Source: Phycisphaerae bacterium
GTDB taxonomy: Bacteria; Planctomycetota; Phycisphaerae; SM23-33; FEN-1343
Length of the DNA stretch: 60,779 nucleotides
NCBI GenBank assembly: GCA_041687295.1
Contig: JAWLCG010000001.1
Coordinates: 1 to 60,779 of the forward strand
Direction of reading: 5' to 3'
Shown here: piece by piece, positions 54,401-60,779 of the stretch
How the letters are laid out: each line of letters opens with the position of its first letter
Numbering within the stretch: the stretch's first letter is position 1
Made by a program: the position numbers and the translations under genes
Notes under the pieces: generated by a model
What the model was told of the DNA's origin: nothing
Databases searched by the model: none
The model's input: only the letters and a program-made list of their open reading frames with translations

Positions 54401-55806
54401 GCATCAAGGACCCCACCGGCCACTGCCGCCTGCCGGGCGATTTCCCGATCAAGGGCCTGCACGGGGCGGTCCTGACCGAGGGACGCAGCCACATCATCAA
54501 CGACCCGGCCCGCCACCCGGCCGCGGGGGGCCTGCCGCCGGGCCACCCGACCCTCGAGTGCCTGCTCGGCGTGCCGCTGCTGCAGAATGGCCGGGCCGTC
54601 GGCATGATCGCCGTGGCCAACCGCCCCGGCGGCTACCGCGGCGAGGACCGGCAGGCCCTGGAGGCCTTGGCGCCGTCGATCCTGCAGGCCCTGCACCGCC
54701 GCCGGGCCGAGGCCACCCTCCGCCAGCGCGAGGAGTTCCACCGCCAGGCCCTCGAGTCGATCCCGGGCATGGTCTTCACCACGCGCCCCGACGGCTACTG
54801 CGACTACCAGAGCCAGCAGTGGGTCGAATACACCGGCGTGCCCATGGAGCAGCACATGGGCAATGGCTGGAACGACCTGCTGCACCCCGACGACCGCCCC
54901 CTGGCCATGGAGGCCTGGCGCCAGGCCGTCGAGGGCAACTCGGCCTATGACCTGGAGTACCGCGTCCGCCGGCACGACGGGCACTACGAGTGGTTCAAGG
55001 TGCGGGGCCGACCCATCCGCGACGCCCAGGGCCAGATCGTCCGCTGGTTCGGCGTAGCCACCAACATCGACGCAATGAAGCGCGCCGACGACGCCCTGCG
55101 CGAGACGGCCGACGAGCTGGCCCGCTCTAACCAGGACCTCGAGCAGTTCGCCTACGTCGCCAGCCACGACCTCCAGGAGCCCCTGCGGATGGTCAGCGGC
55201 TTCCTGGGCCTGTTGTCCAACCGCTACGCGCCGCAGCTCGATGACCAGGCCCGCGAGTACATCCACTACGCCGTCGATGGGGCCCAGCGGATGAGCCGGC
55301 TCATCCAGGACCTGCTGGAGTTCAGCCGCGTCGGCACCCACGGCCGAGAGATGGACCCCGTCCAGACCGACCAGGCGGTCCAGAGTGCCCTGGCCAACTG
55401 CCGGGCCACCGTGGAGTCCAGCGGCGGGCAGGTCGAGCTGGGGCCGCTGCCCCGCGTCCTGGGCGACTCGGCCCAGATGACCCAATTGTTCCAGAACCTC
55501 ATCGGCAACGCCGTCAAGTTCCGCCGCCCCGACGTGCCGCCCCGGGTCCGCATCACCGCCGAGCGGCAGGACGGCCAGTGGCTCTTCCGCGTCGCCGACA
55601 ACGGCATCGGCATCGACCCCCAGCAGGCCGAGCGGATCTTCCTGATCTTCCAGCGCCTCCACACCCGCGAGCAGTACGAGGGCACCGGCATCGGCCTGGC
55701 GATCTGCAAGAAGATCGTCGAGCGTCATAGTGGCCGAATCTGGGTCGAGAGCGCCCCCGGCCAGGGCTCGACCTTCTGCTTCACCCTGCCGGCCAACGAG
55801 ACGTAG
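51490..55806 (+). CDS. CheR-type methyltransferase domain fused to coiled coil, multiple PAS, GAF and histidine kinase (HisKA + HATPase_c)
   Basis: GTG 51490 or ATG 51493 after GGAGAG. CheR signatures (LINVTEFFRQ, AWVPACATGQEAYSLAMLL, FATDTD, VSCRNLLIYL). Heptad region ...NEELQAANEELESGKEELQSLNEELNAVNLQLQ. H-box FAYVASHDLQEPLR. N/G boxes NLIGNAVKF, DNGIGI, GTGIGLAICKKIV. Confidence 0.9.
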   Translation: MMHSDGELTQEPEGPTRDGPRPIGNGDRAELCLPTILRAVQQATGQDFGPYRSSTLLRRIDRRMGLLGLSDPADYARLVETDVQEAARLRQDMLINVTEFFRQAEAWDALAEQVVPELIARTEPGGALRAWVPACATGQEAYSLAMLLVEQVQASGRRIEVQLFATDTDEQALRVARSGHYPASIAAEVSPERLERFFVATGSGYEVVKSLREQVVFAQQDLLCDPPFARLDLVSCRNLLIYLEPAIQRKTLGLFHFALNDGGYLLLGSAESISGAEPLFVPVVPKWRIYRRTGTGRQPDLQIPLRQAPRAPLPPPVGAVPCTPVTLAAQRAMLDAYAPPSAVVDRSGRLLYCHGPIGEFLEVLPGEQTGQIVDMAREALRPGLRAALARAVQEGRPLSIRAAGRPGRRARTVRVTVQPVDADRQASGLLLVSFETIKPPRRKAGQAPHALPPEIEDELRLTREELQATVHQLSLSNEQLKASDEESMAVNEELQAANEELESGKEELQSLNEELNAVNLQLQQKVEELEAVNNDVLNLLSSSSVATIFLDRELRICRFTPQATDLLSLIEADLGRPFADIRRHFVDETLLDDARRVLAELVSLHHEVQTADGRWYARRITPYRTQDGRIEGIVLTFSEVTLLKRNEHALRDSEQRYRLVADFTGDWEFWRAPDGRFRYVSPAVAQVTGYDAQQFLADPELAMRILHPDDREAYLTHLHEVDETGGTGHLDFRIITADGTTRWIGHKCQAVTDADGHYLGQRGSNRDITDRKLAEQALRESEQRYRTLFTNMDEGFALGEAIVDGQGRGVDFRFLEVNDAFHRQTGLGPDAIGRPITEALPQVEPYWIETYCRVALTGEPAEFTNYNRDTGRHYHVHCYRPAPERFAILFRDVTREHLDQEAIARQNALLQGVNEVLEQALHAESEQAFGQACLRVATAITGSEIGFIAETTDEGFMRDLAISDTGWAACGIKDPTGHCRLPGDFPIKGLHGAVLTEGRSHIINDPARHPAAGGLPPGHPTLECLLGVPLLQNGRAVGMIAVANRPGGYRGEDRQALEALAPSILQALHRRRAEATLRQREEFHRQALESIPGMVFTTRPDGYCDYQSQQWVEYTGVPMEQHMGNGWNDLLHPDDRPLAMEAWRQAVEGNSAYDLEYRVRRHDGHYEWFKVRGRPIRDAQGQIVRWFGVATNIDAMKRADDALRETADELARSNQDLEQFAYVASHDLQEPLRMVSGFLGLLSNRYAPQLDDQAREYIHYAVDGAQRMSRLIQDLLEFSRVGTHGREMDPVQTDQAVQSALANCRATVESSGGQVELGPLPRVLGDSAQMTQLFQNLIGNAVKFRRPDVPPRVRITAERQDGQWLFRVADNGIGIDPQQAERIFLIFQRLHTREQYEGTGIGLAICKKIVERHSGRIWVESAPGQGSTFCFTLPANET

Positions 55807-55840
55807 ACCGTTTTGCGCTTGCGCCTGTGGATCCCAAAAC

Positions 55841-55925
55841 GCCTCCGGCCCAAGCCCACGGAATGCCTTCCGTGGGCATCGTGGCCGAGCCGTGCCTGAC
55901 CCGGCACAACGCGCCCGCAGGTTCG
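55841..55925 (+). repeat. intergenic repeat copy B, containing a 10-bp stem/4-nt loop hairpin (55854-55877)
   Basis: GCCTCCGGCCCAAGCCCACG is identical to 36443-36462. Hairpin GCCCACGGAA-TGCC-TTCCGTGGGC. GGCACAACGCGCCCGCAGG sits at +62 as in copy A. Lies in a convergent gap. Confidence 0.5.
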
Positions 55926-56027
55926 CGAGCAAAACGCTCTAGCCGCGAAGGCCGTAGGGGTGCAGCGCGGCTCCCTGGGGCGCAATACCCGGGGTGTCCC
56001 CCGTCTCCGGCGGCGGTCAGGCCCGCC

Positions 56028-56294
56028 CTACGTGTGCATGTCGCCGCGGTCGACGAGCTTGTTGAAGTTGCTGTCCTCCTCGTACACCAGGGCGAGGTGC
56101 TTCTCGTCGAACTTCTGGAAGAAGTCGTCCCAGCTGATGGGTTCGAGGCTCTGCTCGCCGCTGTAGCCCGCGAAGTCGATGCGGATAATGCCCGGGTCGT
56201 CGCCGCTGCCGGTGCCCGTGACGCTGGCGGGATGGCCGCCGTGGCTCTCCGCCCACTGGCGGATGGTGTCATGATCGGTTGTGGACTGGCTCAT
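56028..56294 (-). CDS. conserved small hypothetical protein
   Basis: MSQSTTDHDTIRQWAESHGGHPASV...IIRIDF...LEPISWDDFFQKFDEKHLALVYEE. I recall this ~90-aa family next to stress-induced SDR genes. It has no assigned function to my knowledge. Confidence 0.75.
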   Translation of the reverse strand: MSQSTTDHDTIRQWAESHGGHPASVTGTGSGDDPGIIRIDFAGYSGEQSLEPISWDDFFQKFDEKHLALVYEEDSNFNKLVDRGDMHT

Positions 56295-56309
56295 CGGTGG
56301 ACTCCTTGT

Positions 56310-57179
56310 CTATCCGTTCAGCACGTAGCCGCCGTTGGGGTGCAGTATCTGTCCCGACATATACGACGCATCGTCGCTGGCCAGGAAGACGTAGCAGGGG
56401 GCGACCTCGTCCGGCTCGCCGGGGCGGCTCATCGGCACGTCGGAGCCGAAGGTCTCGACCTTTTCCTCGGGGAACGTCGCAGGGATCAGCGGCGTCCAGA
56501 TCGGCCCGGGCGCCACGCCGTTGACGCGGTTGCCGCGGCTCTTGAGCAGGTTCGTCGAGAGCGACCGCACGAAGGCCACGATCGCGCCCTTCGTCGAGGC
56601 GTAGTCGATCAGGTGCTCGCTGCCTCGGTAGGCCGTGATGCTCGTCGTGCAGATGATCGAGCTGCCCTCGCGCAGGTGCTTCAGGGCCGCCCGCGTGACG
56701 TAGAAGTGCGCGAAGATGTTCGTCTCGTATGTCTCGCGGAGCTGCTCGTCGGTGATGTCTTCCAGCGACGACTGGGGGTACTGCACGGCCGCGTTGTTCA
56801 CCACGATGTCCAGCCGGCCCAACTCGTCGACCGCCTTGGCGACGGCCGAGTCGCAGAAGGCCCGCTGGCGGAGGTCGCCGGCGATGCGCAGACACTTTCG
56901 GCCGGCCTGCTCGACGAGCTGCTGGGTCTTCTTCGCGTCCTCGTGCTCGTCCTTGTAGACGACCGCGACGTCGGCGCCCTCCTTGGCGAACATGACCGCG
57001 ACGGCCCGGCCGATGCCGCTGTCGCCGCCGGTGATGATCGCCGCCTTGCCCCGCAGCTTGCCGGCCGGTCGATACTCGCGGGCCTCGCTCTGCGGGCGAG
57101 GCTCCATCTCGTGCTCTCGGCCCGGCTGGCGCGGCTGATGCTGTGGCGGTCGGGTCTGCTGCTTCGATTCCTTACCCAT
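56310..57179 (-). CDS. SDR family oxidoreductase (YghA/YhxC-like)
   Basis: Start MGKESKQQ... (GGGGGA RBS). TGGDSGIGRA, NNAA, YxxxK (YASTKGA), ...PGPIWTPL.... The 15 upstream codons in the ORF track are not needed. Confidence 0.9.
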   Translation of the reverse strand: MGKESKQQTRPPQHQPRQPGREHEMEPRPQSEAREYRPAGKLRGKAAIITGGDSGIGRAVAVMFAKEGADVAVVYKDEHEDAKKTQQLVEQAGRKCLRIAGDLRQRAFCDSAVAKAVDELGRLDIVVNNAAVQYPQSSLEDITDEQLRETYETNIFAHFYVTRAALKHLREGSSIICTTSITAYRGSEHLIDYASTKGAIVAFVRSLSTNLLKSRGNRVNGVAPGPIWTPLIPATFPEEKVETFGSDVPMSRPGEPDEVAPCYVFLASDDASYMSGQILHPNGGYVLNG

Positions 57180-57349
57180 GTCTGTCCCCCTGGTCGCCAC
57201 TGCGGTACAAAGGTGGCTGCACACGGCGCAGCCACGCTCGGGCTGTCCCTGAATTGTAGGCCCGGCGAACCCCGGCGGGCGAATCGGGCTCGGCCGTCGC
57301 GTATGATTACCCCCAGACGGGGGCGAACGGACAGCGAAGGGAGACAGAC

Positions 57350-58207
57350 ATGCAGAGACGCAAGCTGGGGCGGTTCGACCTGGAGCTCAGCGTGGTGGGC
57401 CTGGGCGGCGTGGTGGTGATGGGCCGGCCGCAGGAGGGTGTGGACCGCGACGTGGCCTGGGCGGTGGAGCAGGGGATCAACTACTTCGACGTCGCGCCGA
57501 CCTACGGCGACGCGGAGGACCGGCTGGGCCCGGCCCTGCAGCGCTACCGCGACGGCGTGGTGCTGGCCTGCAAGACCCAGCAGCGTTCGGCCGAGGGGTC
57601 GCGTCACGAGCTCGAGCAGTCGCTGCGGAAACTGCGGACCGACCACTTCGACATCTACCAGATGCACGGCTTCACGAAGGTCGAGGAGGTCGAGCGGGCC
57701 CTGGCGCCCGGCGGGGCGATCGAGACCTTCGAGGACGCCAAGGCCCGTGGCCTGACACGGCTGATCGGCTTTAGCGCCCACGACGAGCCGGCCGCCCGCA
57801 TGGCCGTCGACAGCGGGCGGTTCGACACGATCCTGTTCCCGATCAACTACCGCACGTGGGAGACGGGCTTCGGCCCGACCGTCATCGAGGCCGCCCGCCG
57901 GCGCGGCATGGGGATCCTGGCCCTCAAGGCGATGGCCCGCACCCGCGTGCCCAAGGGCCAGCCCAAGACCTGCATCAACTGCTGGTATCAGCCGGAGGAC
58001 CGCCCCGAGGTGGCCGCCGAGTTGCTGCGGTGGACCCTCAGCGTCGACGGCGTGACCGCCGCCGTCCCGCCGGGCAACCCCGACCTGTGGCGCGACGCCG
58101 TCGCCATCGCCCGCGATCTCACGCCCATCCGCGAACCGGAGGTCATGCACCTCCGCGCCGCCATGGGCGACGTCGCCCCGCTCTTCCCCCCCGCCCACGT
58201 GGGGTAG
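57350..58207 (+). CDS. aldo/keto reductase
   Basis: GAAGGGAG RBS. MQRRKLGRFDLELSVVGLGG..., INYFDVAPTYGDAE, LRTDHFDIYQMHG, LIGFSAH. Confidence 0.85.
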   Translation: MQRRKLGRFDLELSVVGLGGVVVMGRPQEGVDRDVAWAVEQGINYFDVAPTYGDAEDRLGPALQRYRDGVVLACKTQQRSAEGSRHELEQSLRKLRTDHFDIYQMHGFTKVEEVERALAPGGAIETFEDAKARGLTRLIGFSAHDEPAARMAVDSGRFDTILFPINYRTWETGFGPTVIEAARRRGMGILALKAMARTRVPKGQPKTCINCWYQPEDRPEVAAELLRWTLSVDGVTAAVPPGNPDLWRDAVAIARDLTPIREPEVMHLRAAMGDVAPLFPPAHVG

Positions 58208-58279
58208 CCGCAGACGCTCTTCGAGCGAAACTTCGGCTGCAGACGCTACCGCCGTCGACGCAGTGACGCAGTGACGTCC

Positions 58280-58780
58280 CTAGATATTCAGGCCCGTGGA
58301 CCGCGTGCCCTCGTCCTCGTCGGTGTAGGCGGTGGGGTCGCCGCCCTGCTCGATGATGGCGATCTTGCGGACGCGGCGGGTGTGTCGGCCGCCCTCGAAG
58401 TCGGTGTCCAGCCAGGCCTCGATGATGCGGCGCATGAGCTCCTCGCCGAGCAGGTCGGCGGCGAGGCACAGGACGTTTGCGTCGTTGTGCTGGCGGGCCA
58501 TCTGGGCGGTCAGCTCGTCGTTGCACAGGGCGGCCCGCACGCCGGAGACCTTGTTGGCGGCGATGCTCATGCCGATACCGCTGCCGCACAGCAGGATCGC
58601 ACGGTCGACATGCCCGTCGGTGACGGCCTTGGCGGCGACGTAGGCGATGTCGGTGTAGTCGCAGCTGCGGGCGCTGTTGGTGCCCAGGTCCACGACGTCA
58701 TGGCCCTGCTCGCGCAGGAGCATGCTGACCTTCTCCTTGGGGGCGAAGCCGCGGTGGTCGCCGGCAACGGCAATCTTCAT
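58280..58780 (-). CDS. rpiB: ribose 5-phosphate isomerase B
   Basis: MKIAVAGDHRGF..., ILLCGSGIGMSIAANK, ARQHNDANVLCL, ...F.GGRH.RRV.KI. Confidence 0.9.
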   Translation of the reverse strand: MKIAVAGDHRGFAPKEKVSMLLREQGHDVVDLGTNSARSCDYTDIAYVAAKAVTDGHVDRAILLCGSGIGMSIAANKVSGVRAALCNDELTAQMARQHNDANVLCLAADLLGEELMRRIIEAWLDTDFEGGRHTRRVRKIAIIEQGGDPTAYTDEDEGTRSTGLNI

Positions 58781-59889
58781 GGCAGTATCTCACTCATGCG
58801 GGCCTGGATGGCCTGGTGAATCCGCTCGGCCACCTGCCGGTAGGTTTCCAGGTCGGCGCCGATGGGGTCGGGCACGTCGCCGGCCGGGTCCAGCACGAAC
58901 ACCCGGTCGCCGGCCGAAGGCACCAGGCGGAGCACGTCGTCGCGGTGCCGGCCGGTCATGCAGAATATCAGGTCGGAGGAATTTATCAACTCGACGGTCA
59001 GGGGTCGGCTGCGGTGCGGGCCCACGTGGGCGCCGCGATCTTCGGCCGCCCGGACGGCCTCGGGGGTCGCCGGCATGCCGCCCATGCCGAACGTGCCGGC
59101 CGAGAGAACTTGCCAGCCCTGCTGGCCCAGCGCATCCGCCCGGCAGCCCAGGGCCCGGGCCAGCTCCAGCCGGGCCAGGGCCTCAGCCATCGGCGAGCGG
59201 CAGGTGTTGCCCGTGCAGACGAACAGGATCTGCCGTTGCAGGAGCTTCTCGACCATTCGGCGGTCGTAGGCGCCCTCGCGGAGGATCTCGAAGCGCCCCT
59301 CGGCGTCGAAACGGATGATCGTGCTGCTCTGGCGCCAGCGGGTGGCCCCGGCGTCCAGCAGCAGGTCGACGCGCCCTTCCAGGGCGGCGAGCACCTCGTC
59401 GCCGCTGGTGGCCGGCGGATGGCCGGCGAGGTTCGCCGAGGGCGCCACCACCGGCACGTCGGCGGCCGAGAGAAGCCCCTCGCTCACCGGATGGGCCGGG
59501 CAGCGCAGCGCCACCGCGCCCTCGTAGCAAAGCCGATCCTCCAGCCCCCGCCAGTCGGCCCGGCCGAAGCCGCCCTCGCACGGCAGCACCAGCGTCAGCG
59601 GGCCCGGCCAGCACTTCTCGATCAGCCGCTGGGCCTGCTCGGGCGGGGCCGGGACGAACCACTGAACGTGCTCCGCTCGGCCCAGGTGGACGGTGAAGGG
59701 ACGCTCGGGCCGGTCCTTCAGCTCGCGGAGGCGCTCCAGGGCGGCCAGGTCGGCGGCGTTGGCGGCCAGGCCGTAGACCGTCTCGGTCGGGAAGGCGACC
59801 AGCCCCCCCTCGCGCAGCACCGTCGCGCCGCGCTCGACGGCGGCGGCGAGGTCGCCGGGGCCTTCGATCCTGATGACGTCTGTTGCCAT
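58777..59889 (-). CDS. tsaC: L-threonylcarbamoyladenylate synthase (TsaC/YwlC-type YrdC domain) fused to low-molecular-weight phosphatase (YwlE-like)
   Basis: Start MATDVIRIEG.... FPTETVYGLAANA, ...KDRPERPFTVH..., APSANLAG.PP. C-terminal half ILFVCTGNTCRSPMAEAL...DPIG (C-x5-R-S P-loop and DP general acid). ATGA overlap with rpiB. Confidence 0.85.
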   Translation of the reverse strand: MATDVIRIEGPGDLAAAVERGATVLREGGLVAFPTETVYGLAANAADLAALERLRELKDRPERPFTVHLGRAEHVQWFVPAPPEQAQRLIEKCWPGPLTLVLPCEGGFGRADWRGLEDRLCYEGAVALRCPAHPVSEGLLSAADVPVVAPSANLAGHPPATSGDEVLAALEGRVDLLLDAGATRWRQSSTIIRFDAEGRFEILREGAYDRRMVEKLLQRQILFVCTGNTCRSPMAEALARLELARALGCRADALGQQGWQVLSAGTFGMGGMPATPEAVRAAEDRGAHVGPHRSRPLTVELINSSDLIFCMTGRHRDDVLRLVPSAGDRVFVLDPAGDVPDPIGADLETYRQVAERIHQAIQARMSEILP

Positions 59890-60006
59890 TCGCCTTGCGT
59901 CCGCTGGAAAAGAACACGGCCACGGCATCCCGCCGAGGCCGTCTCACACGCCGATTCGCTGTCGACCGGCAGGACCCACCGACGGGGCAGCCGGGCCGGT
60001 GCCCGC

Positions 60007-60036
60007 ATTATGCCCGCAAAGGCCTGCCCAGGTCAA
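60007..60036 (-). promoter_or_regulatory. sigma-70-like promoter candidate (TTGACC-N18-CATAAT) for the tsaC-fusion/rpiB operon
   Basis: Minus strand reads GCATGCTTGACC-TGGGCAGGCCTTTGCGGG-CATAATGCGGGC, immediately after the CobW-like stop and about 115 nt upstream of the start at 59889. Confidence 0.4.
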
Positions 60037-60043
60037 GCATGCG

Positions 60044-60779
60044 TCACGCGAGGGGCTCGAGGTGCCCCTCGAAGTGCATCGCCAGCTCCAGGCGGTCGAT
60101 CTGCCAGGCGATCACCGTCACGCCGGACTTCACGTCGGGCCGGGCGGGCGGCCAGGCGGTCAGCCGGCCGTTGTCGCGGTCGCCCACGAACCGCAGCCCG
60201 TCGCCGAAGTCCAGGTGGCCCTTGAACCGCAGCAGCCTCTCGCCCAGGGCCTCGATCGCCCGCTCAAAGCTCGCGAAGCTCACCGGCCCGGGCGGGTTGA
60301 CCGTGATGGCCACGATGGACTCAGGGGGCTGCTCGTCCGAAGGCGCCGCGCGGTGCACGTGCGTCAGGCCGGCCAGGAAACCCTCGGGCAGGCGCCCATA
60401 TTGCACTACCGCGAGGGGGGCCTGCGGGTTCATCTCGGCCAGCACGCCGCGCAGGCGTACCAACTCGTCAGCGGGCACGAGGTCCGGCTTGGTGATCAGC
60501 AGCGCGTCGGCGAGGCGGACCTGGTCCTGGGCGGGCCGAAAGAAGGCGGCCACGCGGGTGAAGCTCTCTGCATCGACCAGGCAGAGGTTGGCCTGGATGG
60601 CGAACCGCCCCGCCACCGCCGGCTGGTCGAAGACCGGGGCCAGGTCGCTGGTGCGGGCGACGCCGGTGGCCTCGATGAGCACCACGTCGGGCCGAACGTC
60701 GCGCTCGATGGCGGCGAGGGTCTTGAGCAGGTCGGTCTGCAGGCAGGTGCAGAAGACGCTGCCCTTGTTGAGCTCGAAC
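60044..60779 (-). CDS. CobW/COG0523 (G3E family) GTPase, C-terminal part (gene runs off right edge)
   Basis: The frame stays open upstream of the listed Met to the window edge (FELNKGSVFCTCLQTDLLKTLAAIERDVRPDVVLIEATGVA...). LITKPDL (NKxD-like). CobW C-terminal domain. Confidence 0.8.
   Translation of the reverse strand, partial: FELNKGSVFCTCLQTDLLKTLAAIERDVRPDVVLIEATGVARTSDLAPVFDQPAVAGRFAIQANLCLVDAESFTRVAAFFRPAQDQVRLADALLITKPDLVPADELVRLRGVLAEMNPQAPLAVVQYGRLPEGFLAGLTHVHRAAPSDEQPPESIVAITVNPPGPVSFASFERAIEALGERLLRFKGHLDFGDGLRFVGDRDNGRLTAWPPARPDVKSGVTVIAWQIDRLELAMHFEGHLEPLA

Noticed and set aside
58257-58276. Short tandem repeat GACGCAGT x2.5, and a 9-nt direct repeat GCAGACGCT (58211, 58240), between the aldo/keto reductase gene and rpiB.
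   Set aside because: Too short to distinguish from chance in a 70-bp GC-rich spacer, and no hairpin or known motif is associated.

Overview
High-GC (roughly two-thirds G+C) bacterial chromosome segment. It is probably Planctomycetota, Phycisphaerae-like. This is inferred from a DUF1559/H-X9-DG prepilin-type protein, a giant exported protein with an N-terminal 'LEKLEERLMLSG' motif and dockerin-like C-terminus, and BlaI/BlaR1-like and ECF modules. All calls come from reading the ORF translations and the DNA by eye; no database search was possible. Start codons are inferred from RBS and signal-peptide logic. Most long Ala/Arg/Gly/Pro-rich ORFs in the track are antisense shadows of real genes.

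Gene content, left to right:
- a partial gene missing from the ORF track (1-705, minus strand) and a DUF1961 gene
- a patchwork of gene fragments (integrase, methyltransferase) around two hypothetical genes and a sugar-phosphate isomerase
- a metal-flavoured ECF sigma/anti-sigma module (DUF305, Met-rich secreted peptide, YHS/TRASH protein) with two matching divergent GGAAC-N17-CGTTTG promoters
- an intact cysH-cysD-cysN(C') sulfate-assimilation operon, flanked by relics of cysK and a cystathionine gamma-synthase-family gene, with a divergent Rrf2 regulator
- a DEAD-box helicase, BlaI/BlaR1-like pair, MetRS-like ligase, URO-D-like protein and DUF1559 protein
- an ArsR-controlled nine-gene metal(loid)/thiol-redox cluster ending in an ACR3 relic
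- a Gfo/Idh/MocA oxidoreductase, a secreted GH30-ankyrin fusion, Nif3-like and SGNH-like proteins
- a ~13 kb adhesin-like giant gene broken by three frameshifts and one in-frame TAG
- a 1438-aa CheR-PAS-GAF histidine kinase
- a stress-type SDR pair, an aldo/keto reductase, rpiB, a TsaC/LMW-phosphatase fusion and a partial CobW-like GTPase

No rRNA, tRNA, CRISPR array or intact transposase was seen. The observations most worth a second look are the disrupted giant gene, the ECF/metal module with twin promoters and a shared QIMxxCPMMQ motif, the composite ArsR cluster, the unusually high density of gene relics, and a small family of intergenic repeats or hairpins in convergent gaps.
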